64,000 nucleotides of DNA, taken from positions 1 through 64,000 of the forward strand of contig JAHLTZ010000016.1 in assembly GCA_025786725.1 (NCBI GenBank), written 5' to 3'. The position numbers and the translations under genes are program-made. The notes beneath the pieces are model-generated. The model searched no databases. It saw only the letters and a program-made list of their open reading frames with translations, and was not told the origin of the DNA. Source of the DNA: Syncephalis fuscata S228. Lineage: Eukaryota; Fungi; Zoopagomycota. Shown piece after piece: positions 1 to 10,829 of this stretch. How positions within the stretch are numbered: the first letter of the stretch is position 1; each line of letters begins with the position of its first letter.

Positions 1-270
1 GTGGGACAGAATGGGAATGATATAGGTAAATGGTGGATATATGCATACTGGATAACGAATCTATGATGACGAGTATTTGATGACTGATGTCACTCACCAC
101 CCATCATCATGTTCAATAGATTGGGCGTTATTAAATATTAGTCATTTGTCCCCCAAAAAGCAATAAGTGTGATGATGTGACGATTAAATAAAACTCACCA
201 CTTGTCCCCATGTTCAATAGAGTGAATGTGCAGTGCAATTGCGCGAATGTTATCAAATATATTTATTTAA
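1..270 (+). repeat. Dispersed AT-rich repeat family R1, copy truncated by the window edge
   Basis: gtgggacagaatgggaat...atatgcatactggataa...gtcactcaccac...catgttcaatag recurs in diverged form at ~4440-4590, ~6530-6600 and, inverted, at ~42640-42770. Confidence 0.65.
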
Positions 271-1016
271 TACCAGTCACATACATTGTCAATAAACTGT
301 TTAGTATTAATTTAATAGCTGTGACATAAATAAGACAGTTAACTAAATAAACCATTGATACTACTCCTACATCAACCAATCTACATATGTCATAAGTAGC
401 CATCTGATAAGTTTATACAATTTAGTCTAGTTTGGCTATTATAAGGCTGACACAGTATCACTAGTAGTTTACCATCTTTTTACATTTACGCTGACTTCTG
501 GGTCTTTGCATTGTTTTCGTGCTTTCTTATCTTGCCTATGCTGTTTTTTAATGCACGCCGTTCTTTTTTTTGCGTTCATCACAAGACAGTATAGAAGAGA
601 TTGACAAAATCGATGGCCATCATCAACACATGCTTCAGCATTGATTGCTTGATCAAGTCATTATTCATATTAGCTATTAACACGTGTATATCTATGTTAA
701 CCATTAATGTGGAATAGTTACGTAAGTATATGATTAATATTTTCTGATTGTTAAATACAAATAAAGCACGAGCATAGCTATAATGAGTAATTAAATTAAA
801 TTAAATGGAACCATGTTTTATTACTACAATTTTGCATAGTTGAGTAGGAACGGCCAATTGCAAGCTTGTTGATAATATGCTGATACCATTGATTAAATAG
901 TGAATAAGCCGAAGCATTGGCTAAAACTTGATGTATAAATAGACTGGACGGCAGTTATCGAATGGCCTTGCTTTTTGCCCAATATATACCTAAAGTTTGT
1001 TGAACTAGCAATTTGA

Positions 1017-2358
1017 TTAGATTACCAATGCTAATGCCTTGAAAGTGTTGGTTATTTTATGTTTATAAGCAGATATAACACATATCACATGATTAATATA
1101 TAATTGGTTAATATACAACGCCACTTACAACCTATTAACACGAGTTATTAGACACACACAGTGCGTGTCATACAATTAATATATATTTGGTTAATTAAAA
1201 TTTTACTTACAGCCTATTATATAGGTCATTAGATGCACACAATGCATAGTATATGGTTAGTATATACCTAGCTAATATACAATACCACTTATGACCTATT
1301 AATACAAGTTATTAAACACACAATGTATATGGTATACACTCAATATACAAATATTTAATATTCAATGCCACTTACGACCTATTCATATGAGTTATTAGAC
1401 ACGCGATGTGTGTCATATGATTAACATATAGTTAGTTAAATTAATAAAAATCACTTACAAACTATTATATAGATTATTAGGCACACACGATGTGCGGTAT
1501 ATGATTAGTATGTGGTTAGCTAATATGCAATGCCACTTACGAGCTATTATATAGGTCATTAGACACACACAATGCGCGGTATATGATTAGTATCTAGTTA
1601 ACTACTATCCAATGTCACTTACGTCCTATCAACACAAGTTATCAAACACACAACATATATAATATATGCTTAGTATATAGTTAGTTGATATACAATATTA
1701 CTTACGACCTATTAATATGAGTTATTAGGCACACGGTACGTGTCATATGATTAATATATAGTTGGTTGATTAAAAAATTACTTACAAGCTATTATATAGG
1801 TCATTAGACACAAGCGATGCGAGGCATATGATTAGTATATAGTTGGCTGATATAAAATGCCACTTACTAGCTAGCAAAGCCAATTTAGCAGCATAAACAT
1901 TGTTTAGTTAACTAAAAACTAGTTAATGTTATTGCAATATACCTCCTATTAATATAGATTTGGTATATTAGCATTCTGAATGTGGCTTTTATTTATTGTT
2001 TTATGTTAAACGTACTCTTAGCTAATAATTCTATATTTATTTATTTTAATTAATGAGCAATGGTTAGCCAAAACATCAATAATCATGTATGCTCAAAACT
2101 TACGGGCTATTTACGTGTGTTATAGCATTCATTATGTGTATAACAACATATAGTGAGTACCAAAACAATGATCCATCATCACAACTTACCACCTAGTACC
2201 ATTGTTAGTTAAACATAATGTTAGTAAACATAACACTTGAATATTTATTGCGATTGCAACATACCACGACGGGCTAGAGTTGGATTAGCATCTACCATGG
2301 CTGTAGTGGCCACAAGAGCCATGATAATGGTGCAAACGACGGCAATAAAAAGCTTCAT
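1017..2358 (-). CDS. Secreted prepro-peptide encoded by a microexon array (locus 1), predicted MKLFIAVVCTIIMALVATTAMVDANPTLARR-GAPKRATCRPLCRRC(SLVI*)
   Basis: Exon 1 is 2358-2265 (31 codons + 1 nt; signal peptide, RR). It is followed by AG|exon|GT microexons at 2192-2190 gtg, 2106-2104 ccc, 2021-2016 ctaaga, 1945-1943 gag, 1870-1868 cta, 1788-1786 ctt, 1708-1706 gtc, 1625-1623 gac, 1543-1541 ctc, 1461-1459 ttt, 1378-1376 gtc, 1295-1293 gtc (AT donor), 1213-1211 gct, 1131-1129 gtt. Introns are 70-83 nt. The terminal exon and stop are uncertain. Confidence 0.8.
1090..1870 (-). repeat. Diverged tandem array, ~82-nt unit = one intron + one 3-nt exon
   Basis: On the + strand (c)acttac-NNN-ctat recurs every 80-83 nt, with shared internal motifs (atatgattagtata, ttattagacacac). 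Confidence 0.9.
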
Positions 2359-4149
2359 GTTGATATTAAATTGTTAAGGCAAACAAATAGAATGAACAAA
2401 GTTTGGTAGCAGTGAGTATTCGGTAGAAAATGGCGTGTGATGATGACAACACTTGTTAGTTTTGCGTACACTGTGGCCTATTTAAGTCCATGGTTATGCT
2501 AATATACCAGTATACTGCGTTGCATGGACTATACCATTAAAATGCAATATAAATCAATAGGAACACGTCCATATGGTGGTTGAAGCACGTGCATACCAGC
2601 ACACTGATGGTATGATAATTTGTAGTCAGGTCTTTATTCTAACCTGCTCAGCGCTGGCACGAATGATGTAGCAATATCATCATTTAATAAATGTATGATA
2701 GAGGTTTGCGTAAAAACTAGTACTGTGCTATTATGCAATTCGACCATGTGACGCTAATTAAATCTATTGGTTCTAAAAAAACAGGGATGATGTATCGTTG
2801 TGTCTTTGCTGTTGCTTTCAACGACAGCTTCAATCTTCGGTATTTTTATGTATCTAAAACAAACGTAAAGCATCAATACAGTAGCAACGCTATTGCATTA
2901 GGCCTTTGGTTCTTTACAGACATTTACTGTTGTGCATAAACTGATTATATTCTCTGAGCTATGAAAGTATATTGATTGGTTTGCATATGCGTTTAGCATT
3001 GTGGCTTGCCTACAGAAATGAATGGTTTATTTTTAGAAAAACATTATCAAATGCTGATGTAAGTTCTACTATTGATCAGGGATTATTTTTATTGCTTACT
3101 GCCTGTTAATCATATGCATTTTTGATAATGAATCATTACCTTCTATCACCAGTATCGTTTATTTCCAGCACCAAAGCAACGTAAACTGACCAAATGGCAT
3201 GTAGCTCTACATAAAGACATTGGGCTATGTCTATCAGGCTGCCTCAATCAGATACAATCAATGCTGAGTGTACAGCAGCAGTTCATGGTATGTCAATCAG
3301 TACTCTCCTGTTGTGTAGATGATTCATACAGTAATGACTTGATTAAAATAACAGGTTTGCAATCTGAAGTCTGCGTTATGTGTTACACACCCAGGTCATG
3401 TTTTTACGGCCCCAATTTAATAAAAATAATAATTGAGCAGATTATAGCTATTTCAGCGATACTATTACTAGTCGTACCACTTTCCAGTCACTTTTCTGCT
3501 ATAGCTATGTATATTAAATATTATTTGCTGAGTAACATGGAAATAAGCAATATTCAATAAAATTCAGTTGTTTATTCACTGTCATATTGTATACAACCAT
3601 ATTTACGATTAAAAACTTATAAAAAGTATTTATAATAAATAGCTGATCATTATACTTACTGCTTGTTATTGATACAGCATGTATGCCTATTGCTCTGTAT
3701 GTGTCTGCTTATAATTGTCTATTTGCTATTACATTGTATCTCATATACATTACTTGCTAATGTAACTTTAGTAGAATAACTTTTATCAACAAACATTAGC
3801 CCGATACACAGCATTATAATATATAGCCTATTCTTTACTTGCTTTAAATATTTTAACAAAACACATGTTTTTATCCATTATTTATTTTAAACAATCAAAG
3901 TTATAGCTAACTATTATCAACTAATTCGCCCCTAATTAGCCATCAGTAATCAAAGTGCTAAATACTTTTAATAAACCAAAAGTTTACACATACCTCTAAT
4001 ATTTGTTCTACCGATATAGCTCAATGTTAAGTGCAATGACCAAGCTTTATAGTAATAGAGCTGGAACCAAACAGACAACAGCACTAGATATCACATAGCC
4101 AATATGTAATAAAATAGTATACATTATAATGAGTATGCAATATTAAACG

Positions 4150-4590
4150 AGATTAGCAATGTTAAGTTATTGAGTATATATGCATGATCAATGAATGAAT
4201 TAGTCATTTACTAATAATAAAACTAGAACAAAAATAAAAATAGTTTTGAATAGAGGAAGGTTAGGCAATTATAAAATAATATATAAAATGATAAATGTAC
4301 GGTGAAAAAGCATATAAAATGAAGTTAAAGCTATAGAGCATACAACGCAATAAATGGGCTGAGTGAAATGTGTTGGTGTGTATAATAAATAAAGTGTGTC
4401 TAGCCTATCATAGAATGGTATATGATGACATGAAATAGTATAAAGATGATATAGCTAAATAGAGTATATATGCATACTGAATAATAAATCTACAACAATG
4501 GGTATTTTGATTATTAATGTCGCTCACTGCCTAGTTCTATGCTCAATAGAAATGATGTTGCCAAATCTAGTCGTTTGACCCCTAATAGCA
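4150..4590 (+). repeat. Dispersed repeat R1 copy
   Basis: Similar to 1-160, 6480-6600 and the reverse complement of 42640-43100 (aaagctatagagcat, tataataaataaagtgtgtctag, atatatgcatactgaataataaat). Confidence 0.6.
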
Positions 4591-4902
4591 CTGAATAGTT
4601 AATAAAATGTTTTTTTTGCTATACTATAATATAAACACACATTGTTACTTACTTTTTACAGTTTATCTATTCGCTATAGCTATAGCGTCCCAATCAATGT
4701 GAACATTACTATAAAGCACCACTTGAACGCGTGGAGCTGCAATGGCCGCATGATTGGTGTGATTTAAGCACATGATTGCACAGCGTGACGCGGTATCAAA
4801 ACGACAAATGCACAGCCCGCAGATACATACGCAAGCATCTTTACTTCTTTACTTATTTCTTCTATTCTACTGTAGCTATACCACCAATATTGTTTGTAAA
4901 CC

Positions 4903-6183
4903 ATGCGCCATAATTGGGTTCTACCTTCAATATGGGCAATTATCAATGCCAGTAACTATCTGGCTGTTGGTATAATGCCAACTTATTCACCAAACCATTG
5001 TCGTCTTTCGTTGACGTCTTCGTTGTGGCTTTCGGCAGAGTATGAGTCGCACTTTGAAATGAGCTCAACCAACGATTTCCTTCCATTTGCTGTATATAAT
5101 CAAGAGCCAGAAGTTGGAGAGGAAGAGGCACTTGGTGTGCCAGGATTAGTATTTGATAGTGAACGTACTGGCGGTGGTGCCATGAGCGACTACACGGCAT
5201 ATGTATCCTACAAAGACCAGCCAGGATTTATGAAATGCAGCTACCGAACCTTCTGCTACACTCGTGAAGTTCGTGCGCTAAAGGTAAATAGATAACATTA
5301 TATTGCTGCTTACGACTTATTATTGCTATTATTATAAATCAATTTAGAAAGTTAATAAATTAAATCCCCAGCTGCCTGTAATACCTGAATGGCCAGGCTA
5401 TTCCGACCCAATGCCATTCAGTAGCTATGTCCCCAGTCTGCTGACCTATTTTCGCACTGGAGATGGGTTCGGATGTATTGTAATGTCATTGGCCAATGGT
5501 ATTACACTTAAAGAATACACTAAAAGTCTTAGTTCGCTTCAAAAGGATGTAGAACTACGCGACGTAGTACGGCAATTGCTTATTAGTAAGTATCTAGTAT
5601 AGTTGGTTGATACAATGTCTAACCGATAACTATAGGTCTTGCCTATTTACATCGCTCCGAGTGGGTGCATGGTGATCTTAAGCCAGACAGTAAGTAGGCT
5701 GTGCAGATAAGAATTAAACTAACTTGTACAATAGATGTTATGGTCCAAGTAACGCCACCAAGAACCGATGGCAAATCACGTGTTCAAGTAACACTGATCG
5801 ACTTTAATCTCGCATTTCCAACCATCAACGGTACTAGTCCTCCAGCAGGTCACACCGTCGGCTATACACCACCAGAGTTTTATGGATCAAAACAAACCGT
5901 CTCACACTCATTTGATAGTTGGTCATTAGGTGCAACGCTTTATGCGTTATTTACAGGCCATGCTCCGTATGAGATTGATTATGACGAAAAAGGAACCACT
6001 GGTGTATGGTCATTGGAAAAGCGGAAAGAATTTATGCGCAGCATGCTTAAGCATCAGCAGCATAGCTATCAACAGCTAAACTGCAGCGAAGAAGCTCGTG
6101 AATTTATTGAAACTCTAATGGTAATTGACCCAGCAAAACGAGTTACAGTTGAAGAGATTATGTGGCATAAGTGGCTTAAATAA
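4903..6183 (+). CDS. Divergent Ser/Thr protein kinase, 4 exons; start uncertain
   Basis: Splicing (5284-5347, 5586-5635, ~5690-5734) reconstructs LAYLHRSEWVHGDLKPDNVMV, LIDFNLA, HTVGYTPPE, DSWSLGATLYALFTGHAPY, DPAKRVTVEEIMWHKWL. Confidence 0.9.
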
Positions 6184-6329
6184 CTCATGAACCAATGAAG
6201 CTTTAATGGTAGCAGGTGATATTCTATACAAATAATAAATTAGAAAGGCGTGTCATTTTATCCAATGCTTATTATTATGCTAGTATATTTGGACACAACG
6301 GCAAAATTGCATTACTATTTACAAATATC

Positions 6330-6600
6330 TGATAGCATAAAGTGAAGGCGGTGTTAAGTGGATTGATTGAAATAATAAAATAACAAAATTATACAAAAAA
6401 AAAAAGTAAGCTGTATAATATATAAATTGAATAAAATAAAACAAATTAACAAAAAGCTGTATTATATATAGCCTAATAAATAAAATGAATAAAGTGTGTT
6501 TATTATATCGCATAATGATACATATTAGCGTGGGACAGAATGGGAATAATGTAAGTAAATGAATGTGTAGGTCAATTACGCGAATGCTATTAAATTTAAG
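6330..6600 (+). repeat. Dispersed repeat R1 copy (partial)
   Basis: aataaagtgtgt...gtgggacagaatgggaataat...gaatgtgtaggtcaattacgcgaatg matches 1-30, 225-250 and 4380-4420. Confidence 0.55.
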
Positions 6601-7050
6601 CATTTAATTTTAAATCGTATTAAATGGTTTAGTAATTTGTTTAATATTAACATAATAATAACAACAGATATTACTATTGAAATAGATGGTGTGGCTATAG
6701 ATGCATCGAATGTAGCTAGTTGTAGTTTATTGCTATTTGCAAAAGAATACATTTATTAAATTAATAAATGAAATAAAGTATATGTAACAAGCTGAATAGC
6801 AACAGCTCCCTTGTCACGATAAATCAAGTGTTGGGATTATGACAGTATTAGTTACACCGCCTTCATTGCACTTTTATAAATAGCATTAGTGTGTAGCCGA
6901 TGATCGCTTAACTATTTTTTGAAATAAAAATCACACATTTAATATTTTAACACGATACGTTTACTAATAAGTATCACGACTATAAAATAGCTAACAATAC
7001 ACGCTTTATAATGAAATATTATCTTTATTCACAATCCGTGTTTACGAATG

Positions 7051-8385
7051 TTACAGTATATATAATAATATTGTAACGCGAATCAAGCAACTAACTAACG
7101 TATTACATTGACTTATTCTATCATATACAAGTCGTAGACGATCGTCTTTTGGCAGTGTATCATCAGATGATGTGGATTGATTTATCGCATCGACAAACGG
7201 ACAAACAGCAACCTTGACTGTTGCTTCAAACAGGCCCCGTACTAGGTCGCGTAGGCGGTGGCCTGTTTGTGCAAAATCAGGGAATGCATTGGCTTCGAGC
7301 AGCCATACATTGTGAGATTCATCGATAAGAAAATCAAATCCATAGAGTTCAAATGCATTTGGCATTGGCTGGAAGCCAATAGCATCCGATGATACTGCAG
7401 CAAAACATTCACCCAATACTGACGCACACTGGTTGAATATCTGCTCTAATGTTGTAGCTTTAAGACCATGGTTTGTTAGATTCCAAAAAGCGCGTACAGC
7501 TTGCGCTTCATCAAATGCCTCATTGTGCTGCTGAAGGCATGTATTTGTAAGATGTCCTTGCAGCGATTCTATACTAGTAATATCATAGTCAGTGCCGGCA
7601 AAAAGTGCCAGCATTTCGCGATATAAATAGACTTGCGTTCGTCCTACAGATAGTACATAAGCACGTAGATGGAATTTCCGTGAATCATTTGGTAAAAGCA
7701 ACGGTTGCGCAATATATCGTTGAATGACCCATTCTCTCAAGAGCCATGCACTGCCCTGCTCGCTATCCGCATCTTCGTTGGCATCTTCTGCTTCGCTATC
7801 GCTTTCTCCAAAAAGCTCCTCTATCATTGTTTCCATGCCTGATAACGAATCTAGTAAATAGATGCCTACACCGCGTCCAGTCATTGAAGGCTTCATGATA
7901 AAGCGTTCAAGCTGCTTGGGATCATTACATGACAGATTATTACGAAATCCACGCTCAACTTCCCAACACTCATTTAGTGCTTCATCAAGATAGTCAGGAT
8001 GATCCAGACGGAATATCCACGTCTCTGGCACATGCTGTTTTAGCAAGCTTTGGGGTCGCTTTGCGCAGTAATGCTGAAAGGCATTGGCCATTTGAATTTT
8101 ACGAATTAAAGCTTTTCGTATGCAGTAGGAATTAATTAAGCTGCGTTCAGGATGCTTACTGGCTATATCCCAGTCAATCGATTCGTATTCGCGCCACTGT
8201 AAAACGGGTACAGTATTGCTACAAACGTAAGCATCTTTATTACGAGGTGGCCACTCCGAAACAATAGTCAACGCGGGACATAATAGCGCTAATGTTTCTC
8301 GTACTAGTATATCCACATACGGATCATCAAGACGGACTACAGCCACCATAGACGAGTGAATATCGATACAGCTGTGGGTGGCCAT
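7051..8385 (-). CDS. Tubulin-tyrosine ligase family ATP-grasp protein (Pby1-like)
   Basis: INSYCIRKALIRK, IMKPSMTGRGVGI, VIQRYIAQPLLL, RKFHLRAYVL, HLTNTCLQ, FELYGFDFLID, LLEANAFPDF; first ATG at 8385. Confidence 0.9.
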   Translation of the reverse strand: MATHSCIDIHSSMVAVVRLDDPYVDILVRETLALLCPALTIVSEWPPRNKDAYVCSNTVPVLQWREYESIDWDIASKHPERSLINSYCIRKALIRKIQMANAFQHYCAKRPQSLLKQHVPETWIFRLDHPDYLDEALNECWEVERGFRNNLSCNDPKQLERFIMKPSMTGRGVGIYLLDSLSGMETMIEELFGESDSEAEDANEDADSEQGSAWLLREWVIQRYIAQPLLLPNDSRKFHLRAYVLSVGRTQVYLYREMLALFAGTDYDITSIESLQGHLTNTCLQQHNEAFDEAQAVRAFWNLTNHGLKATTLEQIFNQCASVLGECFAAVSSDAIGFQPMPNAFELYGFDFLIDESHNVWLLEANAFPDFAQTGHRLRDLVRGLFEATVKVAVCPFVDAINQSTSSDDTLPKDDRLRLVYDRISQCNTLVSCLIRVTILLYIL

Positions 8386-9970
8386 GATAAAAAAAACAAC
8401 TTCTACGAAGCTTACGAGAAATAAAAAGTAAAGAATATGCTGAAAAAAAAATGTGTAATGTAACAAATTTTCCTTCCACGCAATTTATTATTTCCTTATT
8501 TAGTAGTAATGTCGTGTATAACTAATAAAATAAAGTGAAGAAAATTCCGAGTTTTTTAAAAAAATAAAAAGTGAAGGCCAATATTTTATTATAAGATATA
8601 ACAATGTTACTACTCCACATACTCAATAAATTGTTAGTAAAGCTTAAGTATATTGATTACTAAACATAGTAGTTCAAATCAATTGCTAATATTATTCCAT
8701 GATTTACACCACATTATTAACACCCATGATCAACACGCGACTAAACACCCGGTCCTACCGACTTCTAACAACAGCGTCAATCAATTACTACTCTTATCAA
8801 CCATTCGAATCCTTTGTAAAAAACTTTCTAATTGTTATCAACCATTAAGAAAGCAACGAACAAACAATAAATTCAAGTCTTTCTTAGCTATTGCTAAAGG
8901 TCATTTGTTGTAAAATATCGCTACTATTTTGCTATCTCAATTTTAAATTCACTTCATTGCTAAGTTTTGGACCTTTTCGTGCCATCCCAACCTATTAGTA
9001 ATATTTAGGCTGGACTGGCACGTTTATTAGCTAGTTTTACACTAGCTATTCTATACTTTATTATATTTTTAATAAGGAATTAATCATCTTTTATTAAGGA
9101 CCTAAGGTAAGCATTTATAATACTAACAATCTTGTTTCATAGGTTATTAAGATGAGTGTAGTATTAGTTATCGATTTATTACTTTTCTTTCAATAAAATA
9201 GCAACAATAAAAAACAGCAACATTCTTTTTGAATTTAACATAGCATAGATATCTAAATTAAAATTTTTAAAAAATGTCTACTTGTTACGAAGATAATTAC
9301 GCGTTTTTTATTATACAAATACTTTATCGTAATTATATTAATTTAATATCCGCAAAATTCATATTTGTTACGCAATTTTATTAAATAACAGCAATATTAT
9401 TGATCTAAGATGGTTTAGAAAGTGTAATTATTTAGTATCTCCATCCTATATGGACTTGACAATAGCAAATATATTGTATACTTTGTTATGTCAAGTATTT
9501 CTTTATTTAAATATCAAATAAATATTACGCTTGTATTACAATACAACATAGTATATGTACATATAACATAAATACATGCCAGCCGTGCAACTAACAGACT
9601 ATATTATGCAATCACCATACTCATACCATTTACTCTATCTGCCATAGTAATACTGTTTTGCCTTTAATTACATTGCTACAAGACAATGGTAATATTATTT
9701 ATGTGTTATTAAAATTAAAATTATAAAATTATTTTACTTGATCCGTAGCTATTGCTATAAAAGCACTGATTATACATTAAATTTATTTTAAAATATAACA
9801 ATTGAAAATGCATGCATTTCGGTATTTTAACGTAAGCCTTTTAGCTATTTATGTTATAGTTTAGTGTATTGTCGAATAAAAACAAACATCAAATGACTAA
9901 TAAAGCACTAATATATAATCCACACAATCAATTAGCTAGTACATTTTGTTCTTGAAATTATCATAGCACT

Positions 9971-10554
9971 TTATAGCACACTGGGACGCTCCCAGCCACA
10001 GTATGGACAAAATCGCCAGCTAGAAGATCCAATGGCAGTACTGCAAGCACCACAGTGATCCATAGAGTTTTCGCCTGCTACTATATTTGGATCTCTATAA
10101 GCTTGTTCCGCTGCGGCCAACGTTGCTTTCTCGTCACGATCCGGTAGATATGCAGGCGGCTTTTCTTGCTTTCTAACAGATGAAAATATTTGACGCTGTC
10201 TCTGAGGATGTGCCCCTGGTTGATCCACGTATCCACAACGATGACATACCCACACTGCATGGCCTCGATATACCTAAGTATATAATCAAATTGCAAAATC
10301 AATTCGTATAAGTGCACTATTTTCGCTACTATATAATTGCTTACAGGGAATAGAGGGACAAAGAACAACGAAAGCCGCTGATCGACTCGAGTTTGCATTA
10401 GTGCACATGCACCACATTGAGGACAGGTACGGGCCGTCTTCTGTAGCCATTTACGTTTGGGCGAAAGCCCAACTGATAAGCATATTATTAGTAATAGTAG
10501 TGGTATATATCATTTAATTAATAACTTACTGATAATTAGAAAGAACTCGAACAT
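9971..10554 (-). CDS. Small zinc-ribbon protein, 3 exons
   Basis: Spliced MFEFFLII|IGLSPKR..TCPQCG..LSLFFVPLFP|VYRGHAVWVCHRCGY..CGAC..FCPYCG; four CxxC pairs. Confidence 0.75.
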
Positions 10555-10829
10555 ATAAAAGCAACCAAGTTAACAGTAGAATAAAATGTAGAACATCACA
10601 CAATTGCCGTGTTTTTTCTTCAAATAAACCAGACTGTTTCACTATGGTCTTAGTCTTTGACTTGCTATCTTTTTTGCAGCCAAGGTAGCTTTGCTAATAA
10701 CTGTGTGATCTAATATCTTAGAAGGCTTGTCTAAATATAATTGATAATATTCATGTGTATAGCTACGTCACTATATTACAACATATAACCAATAGCCAAT
10801 GACTTGTATTATAACAAATTAAAGATTAT

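Noticed and set aside
1090-1870. CRISPR array or neutral minisatellite reading of the ~82-nt repeats
   Set aside because: Eukaryotic context with no cas genes and no constant-repeat/unique-spacer pattern. The conserved positions are splice signals flanking exactly 3 nt, downstream of a signal-peptide exon.
2733-3560. Short ORFs in the cassette's upstream region, and 39133-40569 / 50124-51534
   Set aside because: Frames are not preserved between the homologous cassette copies and no motifs are recognisable.
9107-9142. Isolated intron-like sequence (GTAAGC..CTAAC..ATAG)
   Set aside because: Only 36 nt and no credible flanking coding exons.
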